Under the pieces are notes generated by a model that saw only the letters and a list, made by a program, of their open reading frames with translations, made no database searches and was not told the origin of the DNA. Positions 1-17,573 of a stretch of 64,000 bases of DNA are shown here, in pieces (position 1 is the first letter of the stretch; each line of letters opens with the position of its first letter). The position numbers were made by a program, and so were the translations under genes. Source of the DNA: the human T2T-CHM13v2.0 reference genome, Homo sapiens; the NCBI RefSeq assembly GCF_009914755.1, contig NC_060936.1, one strand, 5' to 3'.

Positions 1-175
1 TAGAAAAATTAGCCGGGGGTGGTGGATGCCTGTAATCCCAGCTAGTAGGGAGGCTGCAGCAGGGAGAATCCATTGAATCCAGGAGGCGGAGGTTGCAGTG
101 AGCCAAGATCACACCACTGCACTCCAGCCTGGGCGACAGAGCGAGACTCCATTTCAACAAAAAACAAAAACAAAA
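1..175 (+). mobile_element. Alu right arm (cut by window start)
   Basis: Alu consensus motifs and A-rich tail. Confidence 0.95.
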
Positions 176-344
176 TCATTGTGAGGCTTTAACTTATATT
201 TTTTTGCAAGTTGGACTGTGTTCATGAAATACTTCCTACTTAGGAGCAATTGTGACTTTAACCTAAATAGTTTCTACTTTATCTGATGCTGCCTGTGAGA
301 GATCCATCATTAATTAACATCTACAGATTTCTATATCTTCATAA

Positions 345-647
<303 letters not shown>

Positions 648-1383
648 AATATTTTCATAATCTTTTACCTATCTTGGTGCTTGGATATAGCAGATGCTCG
701 GGACATTCTAATTTGAATTTGTCAGTTTCTTTAGCTTTGTACAAGTTACTTTGATAATATTAGCAAATTAGAACAGTAGGCAATTGATCAGTGTGTTAAA
801 TTAGCCAGGTTACAGAAAGGACTAGCAGTTGTCAACACTATTTCCTGGAGGAAGAAATGGAACATTTTTATAGGATAACCTCAACCACAGATACTTCTTC
901 AAGATACGGTTTTATGAGGGGAGTTGTTTGAGTTTAACACAAAGGTGTTCAGGTTAGAGTGACTTTTAAAGGCTTTGCGGAGTTTTCTGTGATCTCTGGA
1001 CTTCAAATTCCACATGGTTATGTTGAAGGCTTACCACGTTCCACATTTATGTGAGGACAGTTTACATCACTGTTTCTTAGTGGGAAAGGGGGAGAAGATG
1101 GCAGTCTGTTGCCCCTCATTTGAGAATCCCCAGTACAGGGAGCCACTGTTACTGACAGTGTATTGTATCCTTCAGGTGTGTGGGCAGAAAAAAAAAAGAT
1201 TAAGAAGCTTTGGGTTAAATGATTTCTTATTTATTTTAAAATATGATAATTATGGCATGAGTCCCAACAGTGAGAGGATGTATCTGTAAGTTACTCCACA
1301 CTTTTCAATTAACATGAACATTTTTTAGTAGGCATATATCTCAATACTTGGATAATCACTTTTGTTTTGCTTGTGTTTCTTAG

Positions 1384-1440
1384 GAACAAAGGAGAAACAG
1401 GCTAGCCAGAGAATTACCTTCAGCTGTATCACGAGACAAG
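1384..1440 (+). CDS. DNM1L: DNM1L (Drp1) internal exon, 57 nt, EQRRNRLARELPSAVSRDK
   Basis: ttcttag acceptor, gtaaaa donor, phase 0; peptide matches the Drp1 stalk/variable-domain boundary. Confidence 0.97.
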
Positions 1441-2143
1441 GTAAAAAAATGTTTTTAATGCATATTCCCAATACCTAAAGATAGATTGATGAGCTCAGAA
1501 TATTACTCAGTCCTAGGAGTAATTTTTTCTTCTTTTCCTCCCTTTAACACTCCATTGGAACTAACTGAGTAAAGGCATACAAGTTTAAAATGGGTTTTGA
1601 GTGATTTAAAGATAATAGTATTTTGAATTCACTGACATAAATGCTTAAAAGTAGATTTAAGCATTTATTTAAGCATTTAAGCATCAAGCTTTTTAAAAAA
1701 ATTCAGTCAGTGACTTTATCAACTTTGCACATAGCTGAAATGACTCAAGATTTTATTATAATAAGAGGGTTTCTTGGAAAAAACAGTATGCACAGAACAG
1801 AGGTTTTAATTACTAGTAATAATTAAAATAGTTGTAATACTAAAGTGTGTATAAAAATCTTTTACCTTGAATTCTTTGCCAGAAAAGAATCTTATTAAAT
1901 ACCAAAAATAAAAATGAAGCTTTTGGATTTGGATTTTTCTTATGTATTCATCTGAAGGAAACTTTTAACAAAGGTGACAATGGTGAAGGAAATAAGGCAG
2001 AATAAACAATCTCCCATGATTATTTTCATTTTTCATGTTATTTTACGATTTCATTACAGAAGGGAAAAATTCATTTATAGAATGTTCCTGAATGCATTTT
2101 TGCATCCTTGATTTTTTTTCCCCCCTGGATTTTTTGCCTTTAG

Positions 2144-2236
<93 letters not shown>

Positions 2237-2542
2237 TAATCTAAGCCTGCATGCCTTGTTCTCTGGTACAACATAATCTTCTGGAAACAATACACTGAAT
2301 AGAAGAATATTAATATGGGATACTGTGCTAAGGTCAGATCACTTTAGTCTAATATATATTTTAAAATTATATAACAATGCAATGCATAGTTTATATTGTT
2401 GACATGCTTTTGCTTGCAATATAGAAGATGCACACAGAAAAAGTAATTTAAAGAGGAAATTATCCTGCACTTTTTGAATTTCAACCCATTGGTATTTAAA
2501 TTTTGCTTGTTAAATTGCATGTTTTAACATATCTTTTAACAG

Positions 2543-2575
2543 TTAATTCAGGACAGCAGAAGAGAAACTAAAAAT
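2543..2575 (+). CDS. DNM1L: DNM1L cassette micro-exon, 33 nt, LIQDSRRETKN
   Basis: ttaacag acceptor, gtgagt donor; frame-preserving; known 11-aa alternative segment. Confidence 0.96.
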
Positions 2576-4261
2576 GTGAGTCTCTTGCTTCAGAATGGAA
2601 ATGTTGGTACCTTTGGTTCTCACTGAAACACTGTCTATACCACCATTAAAGAACCTGTTTGTGTAGTGGTATCTATCTCTTGTCTGTGTTATGTTCTTAA
2701 TGTTCCTTTTATCTAACCTGTGGAAGATGGCATTAAACGTTGTTTTAATTAGTAACAATAATAGGCTTTCTCACTGTTTTGTTACCTTCAAGAATAGTTT
2801 TAAATTTAGTATTTTGGTAGGAAATTCAGAGATTTCCTAGATTTCAGAGATGGAATTGTATTTTTGGACATTTCCTTTCCTCTTTAAAGATCTTGAGATC
2901 TGTTCAGTACTAATAGATCTAATGCTTCTTTCTTATGCTTCCAGTTAGTTTGCACTTGTTACCCTATATATAGCTTCACATATGCTTCAGAAGCTTAAGC
3001 AAATTAAAAAAACAAATGGGGACTGTGAGAGTTTGAGACTGTTTTCAATTCTTGATAACCATTTTAGAGGAAAATTAAATAATGTATAAATTATTCAGAC
3101 TCATCGCTATTTCAAGATTTTCTGCCATTTAGCTCCTTTCCTTAATTATCCAGATTTAAAGTTCTGAACTTCAAATAAAGGTTTATAAATGTCTTATCTT
3201 CTCTCAGCCCACTGTGCTCAGATATTAATCAAACCATCTAAATCACTGCACAAGTTTTATTTCATTCATGACGTCACACTGAATGTGCTCTCTCTCCTTA
3301 AGATTTCATTTGGTATGTCATTCATGTATAGTTAACAAACATTTAAAAATCTAATTACTCATTTTTAAGTTAATGTGTAACATAAATATACTACTTATAT
3401 TTAAATGTAGTTCACCTTAACTGACATACTAAAGACAGATTTTAGCAAATATTTTGATTCAGAATGATACCTCAAACTACCATTTTTCTAACTGCCATAA
3501 TCCTCTATTAAACTTATATAATCCATTTTTAGATTGTAAGATCTTAAAGAATACCTAAAAAAAACCCTCTTAAATGTTGATGAATTGTTTTTCCATTATA
3601 AAGTCATTTTTGACTTTTAGAAGTCAAGACTAATACATTTTCTAGAAAACAAGGTACAAAAGCACTTGTGATTAATGGTAGCACTAGATTTCTTTCAGCA
3701 AATCCTTAAGAGTACAGAGGTTGAGGGGACTTCTGTTGTTTGTCACATTCCGCATTTGAAACAACTCACAGTGACTGTCAGCCTAAGAATAGCAAATGTA
3801 GTCTTGCTTTTTGTTAAAGAGTTCTTACTTATACCTTATGGCATTTTTGTTGACTATTAGAAATGTAAATTGAGAAACATATAAACTCTTAAGTTCAGAG
3901 ACATAAGTTCATGGAACTTTTAGAGTTTAACAGTGTTAATGATTACTTAAGAAATTAAACTGAATAGCAGTTCTTTGTGCTTTTAACGAGTAGTTTTGTT
4001 TTTAAGGGCAGCATATACTTTTCCTACAATTTAGTGTTTGAAGGGTGGGAGAAGAGGAACGATTTTGAAAAGTTAGCGAATGATAAAGAAAAAAGGAATT
4101 AAATAGAACATAAGTTGGTTGATGCCTTGCAAACAACTTAGAGCAGAACTTCTTTATTATTTAGATAGGTCAGGGTTCCAGTTATACATGCTACCTAGTG
4201 TCTCCTTCTGACCTCATTATCTGTCTGAATAAACTTCAGATGGGTACTGGATGTATATTGA

Positions 4262-4540
<279 letters not shown>

Positions 4541-4687
4541 TAGGTAATAAGGTAGGTGACCAAGTTAGTAGGAAAACGATTAGACAGAAAGAACTAAAAG
4601 TCTCAAAAACTTACATAACTTTCAGATGTTAAAGCTGCCATTTTAGTGTCACAAAAGTAATATTTTTTCCCCCTCATCCCTATTTAG

Positions 4688-4828
<141 letters not shown>

Positions 4829-5525
4829 TAATACTTCTGGATGATTCTGTGATCTGTTTTGAAAAATACATGTATTTTTACAATTTTAGGTTTTTATTCT
4901 AAATCATCAAGTGGATTTTCTGATAGTCCTTGGGTAACTTGTAGCAAGACCCATTTTGTTAACATAGAATGACTAGGACCTCATGTATCAGCTAGAAAAA
5001 GCTATTAAAAATGAGAGATTCTTTTGTTCTATCTGGCTGCCACATTTTGAGTCATTTAAGAAAATCTTTTTCCTAAATTTTAATTTAGTAGTTTCATTAA
5101 TTATTTTGGCTAGTAACACTGACTTGCCTTTTTAATTTAACTTGGTTTTCCAAAGTATCAAAACGAATGTCTTTTACTAGGAAATATGTGTATTTTTTCT
5201 CGTTCAGAATGTTTTTTCATGTGTCTAGTCCCTACTGCATCTTCTCCTTCATGTTGCCTGGTATGTCATTTCATGCAGTAATAGGGAGAATATACATTTA
5301 GTTGTGTGAAGTGATCTATTAGAAAATATTCTGCATCCAGTTTTTGGTAATCTGTCAGCAGCTAAGATGAATTTTACTGCACAGAGTAATAAACAGTCTA
5401 ATACTTCATATTGAAATAAATGATTTTTGTCTGTAGAACCATTTATCTTTTTTGCTTGTAGACTTTTTAAACCCGTAGCTTGTAGTAGAAATAACAGTTC
5501 CTAGTGTTTTACACTGTGGGCCTGA

Positions 5526-5867
<342 letters not shown>

Positions 5868-5907
5868 TAATGTTTTTAAGCCTCATCCATACTGTAGTAT
5901 GAATCAG

Positions 5908-6222
5908 TATAGTCACGCACCACATAACATTTTAGTCAACAGACCACGTATTTGAATGTGTTCCCGTTAGATTATGATACCATGTTTTTGCTGTACATTT
6001 CCTATGTTTAGATACACAAATACTATTGTGTTACAGTTCCCTATTCAGTACAGTAACATGCTGTACATGTTTGCAGCCTGGAGCAATAGGCTATCCCATA
6101 TAGCTTAGGCGTGTCATAGGCTATACCATCTACGTTTGTGTAAGTACACTCTGTGCTGTGCATGTAATGAAATCACCTAATAATGCATTTCTCAAAGCAT
6201 ATCCGTGTCATTAAGTGACATA
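5908..6222. mobile_element. Tigger3a/MER7-like DNA transposon relic
   Basis: agtcacgcaccacataac...cgtgtcattaagtgaca ends; similar to the copy at 15840-16460. Confidence 0.75.
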
Positions 6223-6342
6223 TCTTTTGTGTGAATAATACTAGATTATGTAGATATACTGTGTTTAAGCATTCATCAGCTGATGTTTGGATTTTTCTCA
6301 CTTCTTGGCTATTATGAATAAATGCTTATTGAAGAGTTTTGA

Positions 6343-6682
<340 letters not shown>

Positions 6683-6781
6683 GAGAACTGCTTTTCTTAA
6701 TGTTTAATTACAGTTAAGCAAAAATCTAAAGGGCGATTATGCCATTAATGAAATATCCAAAGTAGTAGTGTTCTTACTTAA

Positions 6782-7042
<261 letters not shown>

Positions 7043-7136
7043 TGATTTTTTATACTTGGGTAGTAGATAGAAACATAGAAATAGTTTTAAATGCAGTTTG
7101 ATTCTTGGATATGTATAGTCTTTATATTCTAGCTAG

Positions 7137-7473
<337 letters not shown>

Positions 7474-7632
7474 GGTACTTGATTAGATTCTAATTCCAGA
7501 GAAGATATTGGTTAGTATAAACTGGTTAGTTATAAACCTACCACATATATATTGGAAAAATTACCCTGCGTAATTCAGATTAATTTCATAACTTTATAAT
7601 AAGCATTTAAAATTTTTTTTCCTTTAATGCAG

Positions 7633-7689
7633 GCATTACAAGGAGCCAGTCAAATTATTGCTGAAATCCGGGAGACTCATCTTTGGTGA
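7633..7689 (+). CDS. DNM1L: DNM1L last coding exon, ALQGASQIIAEIRETHLW*
   Basis: atgcag acceptor; TGA at 7687-7689; Drp1 C-terminus. Confidence 0.98.
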   Translation, partial: ALQGASQIIAEIRETHLW

Positions 7690-8625
7690 AGAGAACTATG
7701 TAATACTGAGACTTTGTTGACTCAAAACTTGCTAGTTACTGCCTACCTGAGTAGAATCTTATTTATGAACTCCTGTGTATTGCAATGGTATGAATCTGCT
7801 CATGTGGAGACTGGCTATAAACTGAAAAGTGTATTCCAAATTGCAGAACACATCACACATTTAATCCAAATAATAAATGGCTGTTTCTAAAGTTTCCCAG
7901 TATATATAAAATACATCAAGTCTGTCTTGTGACAGTTTCATCTGAACTTAACTTAAAAACAACTGTTAATGTTCTAGTTGTGCAAAGCAGTTTGCCTGTG
8001 GATAAGATGACCTGTGTAATAATCTTTGTTAGTAGTCTTAAAGCTGCTGCCATAGTCCTCCAAGAAGAAAGCACCAAGACAACATTTCATATGACTATAA
8101 TGCATGTACTATATAAGCTGATCTGGCTTTGAAAGATGTGAGTTGGCAAGTTCCTCACATAGAGTCATTGTATTCCACCTGTCCTTCAATTTAGTTTTTT
8201 CTGAGCTTCTTTGCAGCCTTTGATGTGTTTTTAAGAAAGCTGAATGCACAAGAGGATCTGTGACACTGACATGGCTGTGGTGTGCATATTGTGTAGTTAC
8301 ATAGCCCTTCCAATTCTGGGTCCATTTGCACTAGCAAATTAAAATATGCTTTGATTCATACTTAAACCTGAAAGCAGGAATGCCTACATTAATTCCTACA
8401 TTAAAAACAGCCATCTACCCTTGATTATCTAGAAAGACTTGGTAATGATGGTCAGTTCCTTTTAGATTTCAGAAAATCAAATGATGACCTAAATTTCCCT
8501 TAATTTGCAAATACAGTAGTAATTAAGGTACATCTCTAAAGTGGAGCACTTACACCAGGCTCTAAGATTCACTTTGAGGTGGAACTTAAAACCAGTGTAC
8601 TGTATGTATGCATTGGTAATAGCTA

Positions 8626-9051
<426 letters not shown>

Positions 9052-9796
9052 CTAAGCTGCATTTATGGGGTAGTGATGAGGTTTAGAACATATACATATT
9101 TTGTTAAAATTCCCCAGATGATTCTTGGTATGAACGACTATATTATAAATTTTAAGATGTACTTAGAAATCCTTAAGACATCTAGCCCCGTCTCTAATAG
9201 ACAACACATTTATATTGCAGATATTACTTTTTTTTCAGTTTATGACCAGGTATTTATGAAGGACTATTGGCAGGGAAAATATGAATATGTTAACTTTAGC
9301 TTATGGCATCAATTTACTAAGGAACAACAGGCTCACCAACTGATGTCAAACATAAAAACCCCCACATCAGTCTGATACGATATGGTACTACTTTGAATCT
9401 GTTACTAGTACCATCTTGACAGAGGATACATGCTCCCAAAACGTTTGTTACCACACTTAAAAATCACTGCCATCATTAAGCATCAGTTTCAAAATTATAG
9501 CCATTCATGATTTACTTTTTCCAGATGACTATCATTATTCTAGTCCTTTGAATTTGTAAGGGGAAAAAAAACAAAAACAAAAACTTACGATGCACTTTTC
9601 TCCAGCACATCAGATTTCAAATTGAAAATTAAAGACATGCTATGGTAATGCACTTGCTAGTACTACACACTTTGTACAACAAAAAACAGAGGCAAGAAAC
9701 AACGGAAAGAGAAAAGCCTTCCTTTGTTGGCCCTTAAACTGAGTCAAGATCTGAAATGTAGAGATGATCTCTGACGATACCTGTATGTTCTTATTG

Positions 9797-9806
9797 TGTA
9801 AATAAA
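9797..9806 (+). terminator. DNM1L: Distal DNM1L poly(A) signal TGTA-AATAAA (overlaps a Pumilio-type TGTAAATA)
   Basis: tgtaaataaa; TGTA directly upstream of AATAAA. Confidence 0.7.
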
Positions 9807-10803
9807 ATTGCTGGTATGAAATGACACTAAAGTTTGTCAAAAAATGAATTCTTAACTTTTCTCCCAGAGAAAGGGAGACAAAAGGAGCTTTTTAATACCT
9901 AATCTACTTTGGAACATAACCGTATAGAGTACGAAAAATTTTACGACTTTTTTCCTACCAGATTCTGACAGTTCACCAAGGTATTATAACATCTCCATTT
10001 TTGCGTATGAAGACAGTGACTTGCTCCAAGTAATCCAGGTAGTAAATGGCTAGAATTTGAACACTAAAGCCATGCTCTGCTGCCTGTAAGGTTTTCAAAA
10101 GAAATCTGATTAATCATTTCGTATGTGATTCACTTGATCCTCAAGGCAACAGGGATGCCATTGCCTTGATTTTTCAGATATGGAAATAGTTCTGGAGAAT
10201 TAATTTGCCTCATGTTTGAAGAGCTGAACTCAGTCTTGATTCCAAATCCTTTAAGTTTGACCTGAAAACTTTCCTTACCTGGATACTTTTTGATATTCTC
10301 ATATGATTGCATATTTGGTATAATTGGCTTTATTTTTGGGGGGTTAACTTTTTAATTTACCTCAAGTTGCAATCTGCTTGGGGGGAAAAGCTGAAACTTA
10401 AAACCAATTTAAGTTTCTAAATTTATAAAACATTGCTACCTTAGGAATCCACTGACAACAAGGCTTAATGTGAACAGAATTATACTGGAACACAGGCAAG
10501 GAACCAGAAAACTGAATTAGAAACTTTCTGAAAAGTCACGTACTGATTTTTGTACTATTATTTGTAAAGAAACTACTTACTGTAATTTCTCAAAGCAACC
10601 ATGGCCTCATCTAACTTTTTCTCCTTTTTAAGAACTACATTTGCTCTCTGAACTACAAAAAAATCAAATTTCTATTCAAAGTTTCTAATACTAGTTTTCC
10701 CATTTCTAATGTGGACACTAGAGGCCCTGATGATTTTATAAACAACTATATAACATTAGTGACATCGGTGCTCCATACCTGATAGAAAAGCAGCTACAAT
10801 TCC

Positions 10804-11116
10804 TTTTTTTTTTTTTTTTTTTTGAGACAGAGTTTCACTCACTACTCATGCTGTCTCCCAGGCTGGAGTGCAGTGGCGTGATCTCAGCTCACTGCAACCT
10901 CCATCTCCTGGGTTCAAGTGATTCTCGCAGCTCAGCCTCTTGAGTAGCTGGGGTTACAGGTGCCTGCAACCACATCTGGCTAATTTTTATATTTTCAGTA
11001 GAGACGGGGTTTCGCCCTGTTGGCCAGGCTGGTCTCAAACTCCTGGCCTCAAGCGATTTGCCCACCTTGGCCTCCCGAAGTGCTGGGATTACAGGTGTGA
11101 GCCACCATGCCCAGCC
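10804..11116 (-). mobile_element. AluS-type between DNM1L and YARS2 3' ends
   Basis: full dimer; acaattcctt flanks. Confidence 0.95.
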
Positions 11117-11316
11117 TCACAATTCCTTACACTACCTCTTTTTCATTGTTCCTCATCACTACAAAAAGGAGAGCAGGAAGGGTAAGATAGGAAAGCAGCA
11201 TTTCTTTCTCTTCTGAAGTATAATTTTAAAAAGAGATTAACCCTGAAAATCATGGTTTTCTATGGTAATCAAGCTTTGTACATCAGAAAATAAAACATCC
11301 CATTATTAAACAAATA

Positions 11317-11322
11317 TTTATT
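11317..11322 (-). terminator. YARS2: Candidate YARS2 poly(A) signal (second candidate at 11454-11459)
   Basis: tttatt on + = AATAAA on -, about 160 nt after the stop. Confidence 0.6.
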
Positions 11323-11482
11323 AACCGGCCCATAAAAATAATGAAGTTACTCACACTGAGTCCTAGTCCATTCTGTTTTTCTGATTTGCATAAGCAAAGG
11401 TCTAAGTTCTGGAGCCAACCCTTCAGAGGTCTTGAGAATGAATGATGGGTAAGTTTATTTGGACAACCAGAAGGACTTTTCA

Positions 11483-11659
<177 letters not shown>

Positions 11660-11819
11660 TTAGTAAGTAGAGAGATCCAATCACTGTTGATCTGTCCCCC
11701 AAAAAAGACTGTTTCACTTAGATTTCAGAGGCTCTCCAATTGAGAAGATTTCATTTGGCACTGGACTGTTACCTTCATGTTTGCTCTATTATTAATAGAT
11801 TCTGCCTCTCTTTACTGCT

Positions 11820-12142
<323 letters not shown>

Positions 12143-12443
12143 TAAAGACTCCGTCTCAAGAAAAAAAAAGAAAGACCTAGGAGAAGTTGTTCTAGGAGCA
12201 CACTGGGTAGGTGAGGGCTGAACATTTCACTGAAAAAAGAGATACTTAAACTGGGAGTGAAGCTACCTTGACAATCAGGGCAGGAAACATGGGAGCAGCT
12301 AGAAAGAGGTGAGATCTGAGAAGACAGGGCTACAGCGTGGCTAGATCTTGGAAGTCCTTAAGAAAGAAAAATGGTGGTTTTCTCTCATCTGAATGTTACC
12401 AAATAAAATTAAGAAACCACTACTGGACATGGTTTTAAAGATA

Positions 12444-12587
12444 TTTTTATACCTTTATTTTTGGGTAGAGACGGAGTCTCACTACGTCCTTGCCCACACA
12501 GATCTTGAACTCCTGGCCCCAAGCAATCCTCCCGCCCTCAGCCTCCCGAAGTGCTGGGATTACAAATGTGAGCCACCATACCTGGCC
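12444..12587 (-). mobile_element. Alu monomer (FLAM-like)
   Basis: single arm; tggacatggtttta repeated on both sides. Confidence 0.88.
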
Positions 12588-13394
12588 ATGGACATGGTTT
12601 TATAAAACTCATCAGTAAAATATTTTCTACTTAAGGCCAGATTCCTTTCTTTTAGGAAGTATTATTTTACGCTGTCTGCTAGTTTCCAGATCATGTTCTA
12701 TGTTTAATTTAAATGCACCAAACCTATTTAGCTTATATAATATTAAAAAAAAAAATCAGTATTACTTAGAGCCCTGGCTAAATCAGATGTGGTGTCATTT
12801 TTAGTAGTGGTAAAGCTTCCAGTATTAGCGAACACACTATAGTAAAGTTCAGAAGAAAACGAAATCTGCTTCCATAGTGAGGAAAATTATTTGTCTCGCT
12901 GACATACTACAGGGAAGTATATGACACCAGCCTCAAATTCACTGTGTGTTAAACCAGCAGATGAGGGAATCACTAAGGTGGAGTGGCAGGTGATGCAAAG
13001 GGAGACAATGGGTGCTTTTTCCAGGCAGAATAGTCTAGGACTCTTTAGGACACAGGCAAACAATCCAAGACAGTTGAAAGAGAACAACTATAACAAATGT
13101 CATTCATAATCATGGCCATGATATGGCCGATAACCATTTGACTTCTGTGTGAACTCCTGCAAAAGAGGCACCTGGGGGTCTTCTGGCTACCCAACACTTT
13201 TCCTTCCACCTCACTGTTCATTTAAAAATGGATAAGCATCAATTATATGCTGAATTATTTTTTGTGAAAAACCTTATTTACTCCTTAATACCTCATAACT
13301 GATTAATTAAAATATTCTACTCAATTCCTGAATAGAAAATGCAATTCTCAAGGGGATTATTATATAGTTTACAATAATAGTCTTATGACGTTAG

Positions 13395-13431
13395 TAGGTT
13401 AGTGCAAAAGTACTTGCGGTTTTGGCCATTA
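13395..13431. mobile_element. MADE1/Hsmar1 single terminal-repeat fragment
   Basis: taggttagtgcaaaagtacttgcggttttggccatta resembles one MADE1 arm. Confidence 0.75.
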
Positions 13432-13853
13432 TATGCTCATTTCATTTTCAGAAATTCAGTTAATACTATAGATAGGTTAGGTAACCTTTCCCATCCCCGA
13501 ATATAAAAAGGATACAGACTATGAGAGGGGCTGTGTTAATCTGTTACATAGGGCCTCTGTTTCTGCATCCCTCTAAAACTGTGACCATATCCCTAAGCCG
13601 TACACTGATGCCAGTGTATTTACTGAACATGTCCCTCAAATGCACTTTTCCAGTGTTGGAGGAAAGACTGACTGGGTTAGATATAATAAGAGACAGTATA
13701 GGAGTACTGTACTATTATAGAAAATATAAAGTATTTTCAACAATAAGTACTCTCAGGCTATACTTTATTCTTGGACTAAACTAACTTTTCTAAGGAAGAG
13801 ATGCCACTAAAGCACTATCAGGAAAACATCCTCTCTGGAAACACATGCTGTGA

Positions 13854-14155
<302 letters not shown>

Positions 14156-14214
14156 TTGTGAACTGTAACATTTAATGGTGAATTAACTGTAAATCTAAAA
14201 GTTAAATAATCTTA

Positions 14215-14400
<186 letters not shown>

Positions 14401-14481
14401 TTAAGAGCTACATCATATAAATGTTTATTCAAATACATGTTCTAATACCCATTAACCAATTATAGAGTGTCCAAGTTCTAG

Positions 14482-14778
<297 letters not shown>

Positions 14779-14996
14779 ATAGACTAAAAGTTTTTTAAAC
14801 ATCTATCTGGTATAATTCATAAACTTAATTCAAGATAATCCTTCTTTCCAATAAACAGGGGCTATTTTAAATTGCTAAGTCAAATACTGACAGTCCTTGT
14901 GATAAATGACAAGATAATCCTAAAACATACTCCTACTTTTCTCATGTCTATCCACTGAATAACTAACTATCAAGTGTTAATCATACTAAACTACTA

Positions 14997-15646
<650 letters not shown>

Positions 15647-15839
15647 TCGTATTTTCTTTTTAAAAGGAACAAAATAGGCATAGATGAAGGCCGCAGTCCA
15701 ATCACATTCCCTTCCTTGCCCCGAGATAATCATAAATCTAAGTTTATGTGCTGCCATCTTTCCCAAGCATGTTTTTATACTTTCATGTGCATGTGGCCAT
15801 AAAAAAAAAGTACTGTGTAATTTTAAAAACTGATATAAA

Positions 15840-16460
15840 TCATCATGCTCTGCATAATGATGTTTCTGTCAATGATGGACTACATATATCCGCGGTCCCC
15901 AACCTTTTTGGCACCACGAGGCGGCGGGGAGGGGAGGTGGTTTCAGAATGAAACTGTTCCACTTCAGATCATCAGGCATTTGTTGGATCCTCAAAAGGAA
16001 TGCGCAACCTAGATCTCTTGCATGCGCAGTTCACAATAGGGTTTGTGCTCCTATGAGAATCTAATGCAACCGTGGATCTGACAGGAGATGGAGCCCAGGT
16101 GTAATGCTCGCTCGCCTGCCACTCAGCTCCTGTTGCGCAGCCCTGTTCCTAACAGGCCACGGACTGGTACAGTCCAACAGTGGTTCATAACATTATAATA
16201 CCATAGTTTACTGTACTTTTTCTATGTTTACGTATACAAATACTTACCCTCGCGTTATCACTGCCTTCAGTATTTAGTACAGTAATGTGCTGTATGTGCT
16301 TCTACCCTGGGAGCAACAGGGTACACTGTATAGCCTAAGTGTGTAGTAGGCTATGCTATCTATGTTTGTGCAGGGACACTCTACGATATTTGCAATGATG
16401 AAATCACCTAACAACACACTTCCCAGAATGTATCCCTATTGTTAAGTGATATATGACTAT
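15840..16460. mobile_element. Tigger3a-like element interrupted by a MER1B-like hAT element (~15890-16175)
   Basis: Tigger3 5' end, then gcggtccccaacctttttggcacc...ttcctaacaggccacggac, then Tigger3 resumes. Confidence 0.78.
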
Positions 16461-16751
16461 AATATCATCCTATATGTATTCTCTTTTTCTTTGGTGAAAT
16501 ATATATAACACACAGAAAAAAGTACATTATTCACAAAGATATAGCTTAATGAATCATAAAACATCTATGTAACCATCACCATGGTCAAGAAATACAGTAT
16601 TGGGCCGGGCGCAGTGGCTCACGTCTGTAATCAAATAGTGAGTTTGGCAGAGTTGCTAGATTTAAAGGTAATATATATAAAGTAATTGTATTTCTATACA
16701 CCAGAACCAGATAGAAAATGCAATTTTTGAAAAGATTATCTAAATTCTCTA

Positions 16752-17046
16752 GGCCGGGTGCGGTAGCTCAAGCCTGTAATCCCAGCACTTTGGGAGGCTG
16801 AGGAAGGTGGATCACTTGAGGTCAGGAGTTCGAGACCAGCCTGGCCAACATGGCGAAACCCTGCCTCTACAAAAATACAAAAATTAGCTGGGCATGGTGG
16901 CGCATGCCTGTAGTCCTAGCTACTCAGGAGAATCACTTGAACCCAGGAGGCGGAGGTTGCAATGAGCCAAGATCATGCCACTACACTCTAGCCTGGGCAA
17001 CAAAGTGAGACACTGCCTCAAAAAAAAAAAAAAAAAAAAAAAAAAA
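16752..17046 (+). mobile_element. AluS-type with short internal deletion
   Basis: dimer with long pure A tail. Confidence 0.95.
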
Positions 17047-17313
17047 GATTATCAATTCTCAATACATCAAAACCCCAGGACTATATCGTCAAACATTCTA
17101 GGACTAAATCTAAAGAGAAAAAAACACAATTACCAAAATTTTGTAATAAGGCATGATAATCTTCCACTCTGTTCTTCAAAAACATCTTGGCCAATCTTAG
17201 CCCTTTTTATTTCTATGTCAGTGTTACAATGAGCTTGTCAAGTTCCACAAAAAGCCGGTTTAGATATGGTTGGCACTGTACTAAATGTAGATCAAATCCA
17301 GAACTGGTATCTT

Positions 17314-17573
17314 GGCCGGGTGCGGGGGCTCATGCTGTAATCCCAGCACTTTGGGAGTCTGAGGCAGGTTTATCGCTTGAGTCCAGGAGTCTGAGACCAG
17401 CCTGGGGAACAAGGTGAAACTCCACCATTACTAAAAAAAAAATACAAAATTAGCTGGGCATGGTGGTGTGCACCTGAGCCTGGGAATTTCAGGCTACAGT
17501 GAGCCAAGACTGCGTCACTACACTCTAGCCTGGGCAATGGGAGTGAGATTCTGTTTCAAAAAATACAAAAAAG
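17314..17573 (+). mobile_element. AluJ-type with internal deletion
   Basis: Alu motifs. Confidence 0.9.
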
